A DNA stretch of 63,841 bases, counting the filler, from an uncultured Methanosarcinales archaeon (GTDB lineage: Archaea > Nanobdellota > Nanobdellia > Woesearchaeales > CAYSVS01), in assembly GCA_964434475.1 (NCBI GenBank). It is 3 parts of 3 records of this genome, joined end to end, with 100 filler letters (N's around TTAATTAATTAA, not from the genome) between each part and the next. Parts side by side here need not be neighbours in the genome. Positions count along the whole stretch, not along the records: positions 1 to 30,792 come from CAYSVS010000011.1; positions 30,893 to 60,032 come from CAYSVS010000012.1; 1 more part is not named here. One strand, given 5' to 3'. Both the position numbers and the translations under genes were made by a program. The notes under the pieces are model-generated. The model ran no database searches. It saw only the letters and a program-made list of their open reading frames with translations, and was not told the origin of the DNA. Below, in pieces: positions 28,663-38,436 of this stretch (positions are counted from its first letter, which is position 1; every line of letters begins with the position of its first letter).

Positions 28663-29448
28663 TCAAAACATCAATCTAAATCCTTTATCCTTCTTTCTGA
28701 ATTTTCTTATTTCAGCTTTATAAAACTTCATTTGCTGTTTGCAAATAAAATTCCTGAAAATAGAAATATCTTCCTTTTTTTCTGTATCGTTTAACGCCTT
28801 AATATATTCTGCTCGATCTTCCGTAAAAACCTTTATCAAAGGTTCTTTATGATACATTTGCACATAATTCATCATTAACCTTGAAGTCCTTCCGTTTCCA
28901 TCGCCAAATGGATGTATATTAACCAGGTTGTAATGGATGTCAGCAGAAAGCTTTAAAATATCATTTCCCTTTACATTATCTATCCTTTTATTAACACTAT
29001 CAACGAGATCATTTAATAAATTTCCTACTTTACTAAAATCAGGAAAATATTTTTGATCAACATAAACTTGTGCCTTTCTTATATCCCCTTTTGATGTGTC
29101 AAAACTACCCGAAATAGTATTTACAACACCACCTGTATTTTTCATTACTTTTTCGGCAACATCCTGAATTAAATCTATACTAATTTTTCTTTTTTCTTTT
29201 GCTACTTCTTTCAGGAATAATAAAGCTTCATAGTGGTCCTTAATCATTAAATGATCTGTTAATGGTTTCCCTTTAGCTGTAATATTTTTATCCAACAATA
29301 ACCTTGTGTCATTTTCAGTAAGTGAGCATCCTTCAATTTTGGTTGAATTATATATAATAGACATCATTGAGAATTTCTCATAATCAATAGCACTCGATAA
29401 ACCATATCTCATGTATCTATTTCTTAATATTTCTAAATCATTCCACAT
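28663..29448 (-). CDS. Fic-domain protein
   Basis: HPFGDGNGRTSR; N-terminal inhibitory-type STKIEG. Confidence 0.92.
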   Translation of the reverse strand: MWNDLEILRNRYMRYGLSSAIDYEKFSMMSIIYNSTKIEGCSLTENDTRLLLDKNITAKGKPLTDHLMIKDHYEALLFLKEVAKEKRKISIDLIQDVAEKVMKNTGGVVNTISGSFDTSKGDIRKAQVYVDQKYFPDFSKVGNLLNDLVDSVNKRIDNVKGNDILKLSADIHYNLVNIHPFGDGNGRTSRLMMNYVQMYHKEPLIKVFTEDRAEYIKALNDTEKKEDISIFRNFICKQQMKFYKAEIRKFRKKDKGFRLMF

Positions 29449-29696
29449 AACACTTAAAATTAATATTCTTCGTAATGATCTTTGGTTTTAATTAACGTTC
29501 ATGATACAATATTAATTAAACTTATTAATAAAACCTATTAATGAAACCTTTTATTTTATATTTTTTTAGATTCCTAATTTTTTCTGAAAGTTTTTTTTAA
29601 CGGTCGTTTTTTAAAACTATTAACCATAAGTAGAAATGTTATTTTTTACTTACTAGAAAACCACCCACAAAACACACATTAATATCATTCCGCTAA

Positions 29697-29752
29697 AAAA
29701 TTTTTTTACCGTACCCGGCCATCAAGTTGAGCCTGGGTACGGAAAAATTTTT
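29697..29752. other. Long GC-rich hairpin (ssi/sso- or terminator-like)
   Basis: AAAATTTTT..CCGTACCC-GGC...GCC-T-GGGTACGG-AAAAATTTT. Confidence 0.4.
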
Positions 29753-30003
29753 CTTTACGCTACATTTTTATTAATAAGTGTTTTTATCCCATGATTAAGG
29801 AAAATGCACAAAATCAAAAATATTTTTGGTCCTATCAATTCTTCAGGAACAAAAATATTTTTTCTTTTAAGCATTTAAAATATATAAAAAATCCACACAG
29901 TAATTTCACTAACCGGATTCACATCTATTTTAATAAAAAAAACCGGAACGCTTTTTACACGAACCGGTCTTTTAAACCAAACCTTAAAATTTAATTCTTA
30001 ATT

Positions 30004-30492
30004 TTAGTCAATCTCTCTTACCCCTTTGTTTCTTCTATCTTTTTCAACTCTTTTTCTTATTTCATCTTTTAACCAATAGCCTTTACTGATAGCTTTAAAT
30101 TCAATGGTAGGAAAATATTTATCCGAAGATTCCATTTTAAAATTTGATAATCCAAAAATTCTTAAAAATAATGGCTCCCGGATAGAATAATCTTTAATTC
30201 GATATAATTCTGTTTCATCATATTTAACATTGAATATTCCACGCTTAAAACCGATTTTATGGTCATATAAAGTATAAGTAATACAATATGTTTCAATTAT
30301 TTTATAAGTACTAATTATAATTAATATAATGGTTAACCACAATGTAATATTAAATTTTTCTATTTTTAGAAGATCATTTATTATATACATATACCGGTTA
30401 AAACCATATAACAATACCAAATTTAATAAATGAATATGTAAATTATTAATTTGTGAAGGACTTCCCTGCCATATTTTTTTTTCTTTTTCCAT
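30004..30492 (-). CDS. Bacterial PH-domain membrane protein
   Basis: IWQGSPS, two TM helices, RGIFN...DETELYRIKD...P...RIFGL. Confidence 0.8.
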   Translation of the reverse strand: MEKEKKIWQGSPSQINNLHIHLLNLVLLYGFNRYMYIINDLLKIEKFNITLWLTIILIIISTYKIIETYCITYTLYDHKIGFKRGIFNVKYDETELYRIKDYSIREPLFLRIFGLSNFKMESSDKYFPTIEFKAISKGYWLKDEIRKRVEKDRRNKGVREID

Positions 30493-30792
30493 TAAAACTA
30501 TTTTATTAATTTTTATTTATTTAGTTATATAACAATACACAAATAATTTTAACCTGTTTTTTTAAATTGTGATTTTTCTTTTTCAATATTAAATAACTTA
30601 TCGACTTTTTTCATCATTTTTTCATCTTTATTAATAATTGATCTGAAAACAGTATCAATTTCACTTATGAGATTAAGGATTGAAATTCTTACCGAAACCT
30701 TAATTACTACATCTTTTATATTATATAATTCTTCCTTATAACAGCCATTATTTTCAGCTATTTTTATAATATTTTCTATTACAGCAATAGGA

Positions 30793-30892
30793 NNNNNNNN
30801 NNNNNNNNNNNNNNNNNNNNNNNNNNNNNNNNNNNNTTAATTAATTAANNNNNNNNNNNNNNNNNNNNNNNNNNNNNNNNNNNNNNNNNNNN
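30793..30892. other. Artificial contig linker
   Basis: N-run with TTAATTAATTAA (stops in all six frames). Confidence 0.97.
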
Positions 30893-30943
30893 TGTTCAAC
30901 TACCTAATTTTTTCGGTTTTTAGAAAAATCTGCACAACTCCAG

Positions 30944-31180
30944 TTAATAAAAAAAGAACTTCCAAATAATCCGTATCAAGGTAGACATCTAGGATTTGAA
31001 TTTTTAAGAGAAAAAAGAATTAAAGGGAAAAGAGTATATTTTTTAATTTATGAGGATTATGTTTTAGTTCTTATGGTTGCGATTGGTAATAAAAAGACTC
31101 AGAAAGAAGATATAAACCAGATTAAAAAGAATCGTGAAGAATATTTTAAATTAATTAAAAACATACCTAAACCAGCTTAA
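30944..31180 (+). pseudogene. 5'-truncated RelE/ParE-like toxin
   Basis: NNPYQGRHLGFEFLREKRIKGKRVYFLIYE...VAIGNKKTQ; no start before an in-frame TAA at 30905. Confidence 0.6.
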
Positions 31181-31335
31181 GCAATTCTTCTAATATGTCC
31201 TTGTGAAGCTTGCTCTAAAGAACGATTTATTGATTTAACAATAGAAGAATCTAAATTTGATAGTGTTTCAACTATTTTTTGATCTTTTTTTAATTCTTTA
31301 TATTCTTTTTGTGAAATACAAACTTGTTTTTCCAT
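31177..31335 (-). CDS. Small antitoxin-like protein
   Basis: 52 aa MEKQVCISQKEYKELKK...SLEQASQGHIRRIA; preceded by archaeal TATA-like TTTATATA; convergent with the toxin. Confidence 0.6.
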   Translation of the reverse strand: MEKQVCISQKEYKELKKDQKIVETLSNLDSSIVKSINRSLEQASQGHIRRIA

Positions 31336-31451
31336 AATACTATATAACCTATATAAGTTATATAAAACTTTCGTTTTACATATTTAAAACCTATTTTACT
31401 CTCAACCAACAGGGATATGTAATATTATTTACTCAATTTTTTTAAAATCAA

Positions 31452-31721
31452 TTATAATGATAACCCAATATTAGATATTTCTTCTCTAATTTTAGTATCT
31501 TCATCTAGGCTTAACATAGAATTATCTAAATCAATGATTATCTGGTCTTTATTCTTCTTATGAAGCATAAACAACAATATGCTCACTCTTAATAAGTCAA
31601 TTACAGTATTTCTAAATTCATCTAATGAACCATATCTTTGTTCATATTTTTGCTTATTTTTATCGCTATTTGAAGAACCATGGGCATATTTGCATCTTAC
31701 ATCATAAGCATCTTTAATCAA
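31452..31721 (-). pseudogene. C-terminal fragment of an Apea-like HEPN protein
   Basis: AYDVRCKYAHG (RxxxxH) lies at the very start of the ORF. Confidence 0.5.
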
Positions 31722-32007
31722 TGAACATAGTTATTATTTGAAAATACCTAAAACCTTTAATCGCAAAAAAGAAAGAATTATATACTTTCTCCAAGAATTA
31801 TTTATATAACAAGAAAGTGCTTTGCTCGACGATAAACTTTACGTTTGGCAGAGGTCAGGGACGTTTTATTTTCTAATATTTTAGATATTAATGACTAAAC
31901 AATCTACTATAACACCAATAAAAGGTACTGCCAAAGAATACCTGATAGTAAGCAGATACAAATGACAATATAATAACAAGTTCAAGATATAATAAAAGCA
32001 CTTTATT

Positions 32008-32466
32008 TTAAAAAACATTATTTTCCAAAAACAAAGAGATAGTCATGTTTTTATTCTTCTTATATCTATCTAAAGCAATCTTTTTTCTTACTTTTCCACA
32101 CATATATTTTCTGCAATCCTCTGGTCGATGTTTATACATAGAACATGCTGCTTTATTGTATTGATCAAAATACAGATGCTTACATCTGCCTATCAATATA
32201 TTTATCTTAATATTTTTAGTTTTATTATCCCATTCTATTGACTTAACAGATTTTATAGATAACCCTATATCTTCAAGCTGTTTGCTATATTCTAGAGCAA
32301 TCTTGTTTTCTACTACTTTCCTGCTTTTGATATAGCCATAGTTCTTAGAGAGGTACTTATAACTGAATCTCTTACTCCATATCATATTTTGACAGCAGTT
32401 ACCGCATCTTTGACAATAATTGTTCTTGTCTACAGATGTTATGATGGAACACCTCCAAAGCAGCAT
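32008..32466 (-). CDS. YkgJ-like cysteine cluster protein
   Basis: CQRCGNCC...C.HL...CSMY.HRP.DCR.Y.C; start uncertain. Confidence 0.75.
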   Translation of the reverse strand: MLLWRCSIITSVDKNNYCQRCGNCCQNMIWSKRFSYKYLSKNYGYIKSRKVVENKIALEYSKQLEDIGLSIKSVKSIEWDNKTKNIKINILIGRCKHLYFDQYNKAACSMYKHRPEDCRKYMCGKVRKKIALDRYKKNKNMTISLFLENNVF

Positions 32467-32634
32467 GAAATAGAGAAATTATACGATGATTTCGGATGCT
32501 TTATCTTTTTACTTGAAAAATGCAATATATACCTTTGCCTCCAGAATCAACAGAAAAATCTTTTTTTAAAAAGTTTATTGTTATACAGAACAATTATCAA
32601 TAGTAATAAATATTAGTTTTGATTTCAACAAAGT

Positions 32635-33456
32635 ATGAAAAGAAAAATATTATATTTCATAATCTTCATTATACTCATAACAGCAGTATTTAACATTGAA
32701 CATATCTACTATTCATTAAAGCCTACTAAACTATCAAACACAACCCTAGAAAGTAATCCTTTAATACTTCTTCATGGATTTAATGCATTTTTTAGTACAA
32801 GTATAGGAGAATTCTCAATGATTGAGATGCAATCAAAGCTATGTGATGATCTAAATTACGAAAATAAAGGGATATATCTAGAGGATATGACCTGTTCGAT
32901 GATAAACGGAAACAAGACAGCCATAAGAGTTTCTTATTATGGTAATATCAATGACTTTGATATCGAAAGATATACAGACAACCTTCAAATAATAGTAGAT
33001 AGAATAAAAAATTGTACTGGCTCAGAAGAAGTTAACATAATAGCACACTCTATGGGCGGAATAGTTACAAGGAACCTTATAGAAAGAGACAAACATTCTA
33101 TTGATAAACTAATAATGCTCGGTACACCTAATCATGGAGGACTTTATGATATAGGTAATATCGCAGACAAATTTGCAAAAGAGTGGCAGTACAATCTTAC
33201 TATAGACTTCATACAATTATCTGAAAATGATGAGTTTATGCAGAATCTAGGAGGATTGAACAAAAACACAGAATATTATACTATAGCAGGAATAATAGAC
33301 AGTAAGGGAGATGGAATAATAGAAAAAGAATCAGTCAAACTAAATATTTCTAAACAACACAAGATAGTCAATTGCTCCCATATAGCACTAAAACATCCTT
33401 CATTATGTCCTGAAGCATATAAAGCAGTAAAAGAAATCTTGAACAATTCAAACTAA
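32635..33456 (+). CDS. Secreted alpha/beta hydrolase (lipase/esterase-like)
   Basis: LILLHGF, AHSMGG, LGTPNHG, DGII, terminal His. Confidence 0.85.
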   Translation: MKRKILYFIIFIILITAVFNIEHIYYSLKPTKLSNTTLESNPLILLHGFNAFFSTSIGEFSMIEMQSKLCDDLNYENKGIYLEDMTCSMINGNKTAIRVSYYGNINDFDIERYTDNLQIIVDRIKNCTGSEEVNIIAHSMGGIVTRNLIERDKHSIDKLIMLGTPNHGGLYDIGNIADKFAKEWQYNLTIDFIQLSENDEFMQNLGGLNKNTEYYTIAGIIDSKGDGIIEKESVKLNISKQHKIVNCSHIALKHPSLCPEAYKAVKEILNNSN

Positions 33457-33702
33457 ACCATCAAAATAATGTCCTAAAGAAGTATAAACTTGCTTTAAAC
33501 AATCTATGTTTTCCCTATGTTTATCTTCTCTTCCTTCTTGATTATCTGTTATATCATCAATACTCTGTGGAGGATTCTGCATAGCTTGTTCAAGTTTTTC
33601 TTTAAAGGATTTATCATTATTAGTTTTATTCCTTTTATAAGGAGGTTCATAGTATCTTTTGTCAGAGATATTATATATGCCATCGATCTTATCTTTGTTC
33701 AT
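33448..33702 (-). CDS. Hypothetical protein
   Basis: 84 aa ORF with upstream TATA-like box. Confidence 0.5.
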   Translation of the reverse strand: MNKDKIDGIYNISDKRYYEPPYKRNKTNNDKSFKEKLEQAMQNPPQSIDDITDNQEGREDKHRENIDCLKQVYTSLGHYFDGLV

Positions 33703-33746
33703 AATATCATACGAAGTAAGTTCTTATTTAAATCTTATGCAGAAGA

Positions 33747-34334
33747 TTAATCTATCACTCTTAGATAATCATATCCTTCTCCTAAATTATTGACAGAGGG
33801 TATCAATTCTTCAAGAATAATCTTATCCAGATTATGTCCCTTTTCTGCAATTATCTTGAAAATTTCACCTTTAGGAATTGATACAGAAAGAAAATCCATT
33901 ATTTCACTTAATTCTTGGCCATTATGAAAATAAGTAATCTTAGAAGAATATTTTTGCGAGATAGACTTGCCGAACATAACCAAAGCAGTAGACGGACACA
34001 CATGAATCCCTCTATCTGCAGCAACCAACACATCCACTTCAAATTGTTTATCAATAACTGGTTTTATTACATTACTATATTCTCTATTGTATCTTTTCAA
34101 AAACCTGTCTCGTAAATCAGAATTACGACTAGATAATATTAAATTGGTGTTTTGATGCAAGCCCCTAATGTCTGATGCATAAGAACATTCTTCATCACCA
34201 TAAAAGATATTTATATATGATTCTTTATTTCTAACAAAATAATCTTTTAATCTTATCAACATATCTGCATGATAAACTTGCAATCTGCTTGCTTTTACTT
34301 TTAAGGTAGTCAACAATTCCATATATAATGACAA
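33747..34334 (-). CDS. Protein with C-terminal HPr-like phosphocarrier domain
   Basis: GIHVCPSTALV...YSSKITY...SEIMDFLSVSIPKGEIFKIIAE aligns by eye with HPr GLHARPAA.LV...F.S.I...KSIMG.MSL....G..I.I.AEG. Confidence 0.55.
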   Translation of the reverse strand: MSLYMELLTTLKVKASRLQVYHADMLIRLKDYFVRNKESYINIFYGDEECSYASDIRGLHQNTNLILSSRNSDLRDRFLKRYNREYSNVIKPVIDKQFEVDVLVAADRGIHVCPSTALVMFGKSISQKYSSKITYFHNGQELSEIMDFLSVSIPKGEIFKIIAEKGHNLDKIILEELIPSVNNLGEGYDYLRVID

Positions 34335-34376
34335 ACAGCATTCACTTATAAACCTTTACCAACCCAAACATTTATA

Positions 34377-35093
34377 ATGATAACCTATAAGAAAGATAAT
34401 ATGTTAGAAAGAGTACAGAAAATAATAAGCAATGCAGGATTTTGCTCAAGAAGAAAAGCTGAGGATCTTATAGAAAAAGGAAAAGTAAAAGTTAACAGAA
34501 AGACAATCACTATAGGTGATAAAGCAGACTCAGAAAAAGATACGATATATATAAACAATAAGCCATTAAAAAAAGAGGAAAAAACATACATAATGCTTTG
34601 GAAGCCAAAAAAAGTAGTTTCTACTTTGCAGGACCCAATGGGCAGAAAGACAGTCAAAGATATGATAAAAAAATTAAAAACAAGAGTTTATCCTATAGGC
34701 AGATTAGATAATATGGCAGAAGGATTATTGCTTATGACCAATGACGGAGATCTTGCTAATCACATAATGCATCCAAGACATAAGATAAAAAAGAAATATC
34801 TTGCAAAAACGAATAAAGAGCTGACAAGAGAACAGTTTGATAGGCTTAAGAAAGGCATTAAACTAAACAAAACATTAGTAAAACCAGATAGATTAGTATA
34901 TTTGGGCGACAGGTTATATGAGATAACTTTGCATCAAGGAATAAATAGAATAGTAAAAAGATTGTTTGAAACATTTGACACAAAAGTCTATGCATTGATG
35001 CGTATACAGATAGGCAATATTAAATTAGAAGGTATAAAAAGAGGACAGTTTAGACATTTGTCTAAAGATGAGATAGATTCTTTAAAGAAATGA
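34377..35093 (+). CDS. rRNA pseudouridine synthase (RsuA/RluB family)
   Basis: S4 domain CSRRKAE; YPIGRLD..AEGLLLMTNDG. Confidence 0.92.
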   Translation: MITYKKDNMLERVQKIISNAGFCSRRKAEDLIEKGKVKVNRKTITIGDKADSEKDTIYINNKPLKKEEKTYIMLWKPKKVVSTLQDPMGRKTVKDMIKKLKTRVYPIGRLDNMAEGLLLMTNDGDLANHIMHPRHKIKKKYLAKTNKELTREQFDRLKKGIKLNKTLVKPDRLVYLGDRLYEITLHQGINRIVKRLFETFDTKVYALMRIQIGNIKLEGIKRGQFRHLSKDEIDSLKK

Positions 35094-36881
35094 TTATTTT
35101 TCTAAAGCCATATCATGCGCTTTGATATATTCATCAGCCAAATTTTTCCAGTCAGCTGATGCAGATAGTTTTTTTGCAGCCATCTTATCCTTTACCCTAT
35201 CCTGCTGCGAATGCTGACTATAGTCATACATAAAATTTGCAAGGTCTTCTATAATATCTTCCTCTTTCTTTTCCATCCTTTCTAAAACATAAATTCCTGG
35301 ATGCTTTTTATCTTCATTATATTGTTTTATATATCTTCCGAATCCTGCCAAATCCGTAGTTACGCTTGGCACTCCTAGAGCAGCAGCCTCCAGTGGAGTA
35401 TAACCCCAAGGTTCATAATAACTTGGAAAAACACCTAGATGGCTGCCTTGCATACACTCATAATAGCTTAAGTCAAGAAGTCCGTCAGCCCCAGTAAGAT
35501 ATGTAGGATAAAATATTACTTTTACTTTGTCATCTTCCTGATTATCCAGTCCAACATCCATCAACGTTTTGAATATTATATCATTTGACTCGTCCAATAA
35601 CTCGTGCGTAACAAGATCAGGGCTTCCTTTTTTTGTAAATCGCATCATCCTTTTCTTTGTTTCTTCTAAAAATTCTTTTTCAAAAACATTCTCCTTTGTC
35701 AACCCTTTTTTTGTAAGTATAGTATATAGTATATCTCTTTTTACTACATCTATCTCATCTTCTAATGCATCCTTGATATCATTAAATATTGTCCTGTTTT
35801 CAACAAGCCATGTTTTCATTCCTCTTATTTTGCTTGGCACCCAAATAAAAGCGAATATAGTTTTTTTTGTATTGTTTTTTTCTTTGAGCTTATCATTTAG
35901 CCTTGCCAATGCTTTTATGTATATGTCAATACCTTTATCCTTGAACTCGTATCTTCCTGCCAAAAAGAAGATCAATGATTGTTTTAAATCAACGCTGTAA
36001 TAAGGAAAGAAATAATATGACAAGAATTCTCTTATCTTGTCTCTTGTTAATCTGTGTTTTATAGATATGTCTTCAAAAGAAGGAAACTTACCTATATCTA
36101 AACCGTTAGGCAATAATATATCTGGCTTTTTTTTCAAAAGATTCTCAGCTTCCATGCCTGTTATTTCAGAAACAGTTGAAAATACGTCTGCATTTAATGC
36201 TGCCTGTTTTTCTGTCTGATACTTGGCAGGAATATGATAATTATATGCTTCCTTTTCAGGATCTATCTTATCCATTATTTCGTAAAGCTCAACATCAGAG
36301 CTTGCTATACTTCTTCCTAATATTGTTGCATGCGTAGTAAAAACAGTCTTAACATTTGAATTTGATTTTTTAAGATAGAGAATCCCATTGCCGCTCAGCC
36401 ATTCGTGGAATTGAGCTACAATCTTTTTGTCTGAAAAAGTATGAGATAATTTTTCAATGACCTTTCCAGCTGCATAAGCCCAAATAAAAGGCTCGTTAAA
36501 CTCATAAGGAGAATTCAAAGTATCAACCTTAAATTCATTCCACATCTCCCCTTTTATCTCGTCAGTTTTTCCTTTGAAATTCTCGAAGTCGATCAGCATA
36601 GTTTCTGGCTCACCTTTTATCAGCCATTTGCCATAATGGATGATTATGCCTTCATTGGCCAATTCGTCGCATAGCTGTTTTATTTCTTCAGGAATAGCTT
36701 CTTCCAAAAATTGTCCTGCAACCTTATCAGCAAAATACGGACCTATGCAAAAATACTTCTTATCCTTATATCTTTCAGAGATCTGCTGTGCTTTTGATGT
36801 TATAACTGTCCAAATTCCACCTACTTTATTGCATATCTCCCAAGAAACTTCAAACAATACATCTGCTTTTGGTTTTACCAT
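35094..36881 (-). CDS. Glycogen synthase (GT3)
   Basis: FEVSWEICNKVGGIWTV, FTTHAT.LGR, GRYEF.DKG.D, PSYYEPWGYTP.E. Confidence 0.92.
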   Translation of the reverse strand: MVKPKADVLFEVSWEICNKVGGIWTVITSKAQQISERYKDKKYFCIGPYFADKVAGQFLEEAIPEEIKQLCDELANEGIIIHYGKWLIKGEPETMLIDFENFKGKTDEIKGEMWNEFKVDTLNSPYEFNEPFIWAYAAGKVIEKLSHTFSDKKIVAQFHEWLSGNGILYLKKSNSNVKTVFTTHATILGRSIASSDVELYEIMDKIDPEKEAYNYHIPAKYQTEKQAALNADVFSTVSEITGMEAENLLKKKPDILLPNGLDIGKFPSFEDISIKHRLTRDKIREFLSYYFFPYYSVDLKQSLIFFLAGRYEFKDKGIDIYIKALARLNDKLKEKNNTKKTIFAFIWVPSKIRGMKTWLVENRTIFNDIKDALEDEIDVVKRDILYTILTKKGLTKENVFEKEFLEETKKRMMRFTKKGSPDLVTHELLDESNDIIFKTLMDVGLDNQEDDKVKVIFYPTYLTGADGLLDLSYYECMQGSHLGVFPSYYEPWGYTPLEAAALGVPSVTTDLAGFGRYIKQYNEDKKHPGIYVLERMEKKEEDIIEDLANFMYDYSQHSQQDRVKDKMAAKKLSASADWKNLADEYIKAHDMALEK

Positions 36882-37102
36882 TCAAGACTACTTATTCAAT
36901 AGTTTATTTAAACTTTTCATACTATTCAAGAGTGATTCATCAATTAGACAAGATAAACAAATTATAAATAGAAAAGTTTATAAAAAGGTTAACACTTGAG
37001 AAAGTTATCAAAAGAGGAATACAAAACTATGAGAAAAGCATTAGATTATACTTGTCAAAAGAAATTAATAAAACACACTTTTCTTATTCGAGGTGGCTGC
37101 TG

Positions 37103-38326
37103 ATGAAAGTGCTTATGTTCGGCTGGGAGTTTCCTCCATTTGCTTCAGGCGGGTTAGGTACAGCATGTTATGGGTTGACAAAAGCTCTTTCTAACCAAAA
37201 CATTGACGTGACATTTGTCATACCAAAGACTATAAATAATTCTAAATCAAAATTTGTCAAATTAAGAGGGTTAGATGGGATAAACAAGATTAAGTTCAAG
37301 CAGATTGATTCTGTAATGCGTCCGTATATGACTGATGAAGAATATCAGGAAAAATTAAAAGAAGAGATAATATTAGGAGAATCAAAAGGAAAAGATATCT
37401 ATGGAAAAAATCTATATGAGGAAGTTTATAGATATGCATTAAAGGCGACAGAAATCGCAAAACAAGAAGAGTTTGATGTCATACATGCCCATGATTGGCT
37501 CACTTATCAGGCAGGAATAAATGCAAAAAAACTTTCTGGCAAGCCTTTGGTAGTGCATATCCATGCAACCGAATACGATAGGACAGGAGATAATCCTAAT
37601 GAATATGTAAGGGATATTGAACAAAGAGGATTTGAAGAAGCAAATCTTATTTTAGCAGTAAGTAATTTCACAAAGAACAGGCTTGTGGATAATTACAGCA
37701 TAAATCCAGATAAGATAAAAGTTGTGCATAACGCTGTCGAATTTAATAAAAATAAGTTTGAACGAAAAGAGAAAGATGAAAAAATTGTTCTTTTCCTGGG
37801 AAGGATAACAATACAGAAAGGCCCAGAGTATTTTGTTGAATCAGCTGCAAAAGCTTTAAAGATAAACCCTAACATAAAATTTATTGTTGCAGGCAATGGA
37901 GACATGATGCATAGGATGATAGAACATGCTGCTTCAAAAGGAATAGGCAACAGTATGCTTTTTGCTGGATTCTTGAAAGGAGCAGATATAGACAGAGCTT
38001 ACCAGATGGCTGATCTATATGTCATGCCTTCAATATCTGAGCCTTTTGGAATTACACCGTTAGAAGCCATGAGAAACGGCACACCCTGCCTGATATCAAA
38101 GCAAAGCGGAGTAAGTGAAGTTATACACCATTGTCTTAAGGTGGATTTCTGGGATATTGATGAGATGACAAACAAGATGCTTGCAGCATTGAACTACAGT
38201 GCATTACACAAAACATTACAGGAAAACGGAAATAAAGAAGTGATGACTTTCAGCTGGGATGATCCTGCAAAAAAATGCGTTGATGCATATAATGATATTT
38301 TGAATGATTACAGAGGGAGTTGTTAA
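37103..38326 (+). CDS. GT4 glycosyltransferase (glycogen-associated)
   Basis: MKVLMFGWEFPP..SGGLG, HAHDWLT, SEPFGITPLEA; GAGGTG RBS before ATG 37103. Confidence 0.9.
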   Translation: MKVLMFGWEFPPFASGGLGTACYGLTKALSNQNIDVTFVIPKTINNSKSKFVKLRGLDGINKIKFKQIDSVMRPYMTDEEYQEKLKEEIILGESKGKDIYGKNLYEEVYRYALKATEIAKQEEFDVIHAHDWLTYQAGINAKKLSGKPLVVHIHATEYDRTGDNPNEYVRDIEQRGFEEANLILAVSNFTKNRLVDNYSINPDKIKVVHNAVEFNKNKFERKEKDEKIVLFLGRITIQKGPEYFVESAAKALKINPNIKFIVAGNGDMMHRMIEHAASKGIGNSMLFAGFLKGADIDRAYQMADLYVMPSISEPFGITPLEAMRNGTPCLISKQSGVSEVIHHCLKVDFWDIDEMTNKMLAALNYSALHKTLQENGNKEVMTFSWDDPAKKCVDAYNDILNDYRGSC

Positions 38327-38364
38327 ATGGTAGATGTATGCTTTTACTTTCAGGTTTATCAACC
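38324..38364 (+). repeat. Direct duplication of the GH57 gene 5' end
   Basis: TAAATGGTAGATGTATG.TTTTACTTTCAGGT..ATCAACC repeated at 38434-38474. Confidence 0.8.
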
Positions 38365-38436
38365 CAGCTTTTTAAGAAAAACCTGGGAAAAACAAGCAGG
38401 ACATTCGCTACGCTCAATCCAGCAAGGTGATAATAA

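Larger units (their letters stand above)
1..30792. mobile_element. Bacteroidota-type mobilizable/conjugative plasmid (partial contig)
   Basis: Rep + iterons, ParA, oriT, relaxase, coupling protein, primase, ArdC, resolvase; TAnnTTTG promoters and lipoproteins with acidic residues after the lipobox Cys suggest a Bacteroidota host; no housekeeping genes. Confidence 0.88.

Noticed and set aside
30837..30848. TTAATTAATTAA as a biological motif
   Set aside because: Embedded in N-runs and repeated at 60077-60088; assembly linker
35569..36000. Antisense ORFs in the track (e.g. 35569, 47695, 54804, 27995)
   Set aside because: Shadow frames opposite well-supported genes, with no motifs
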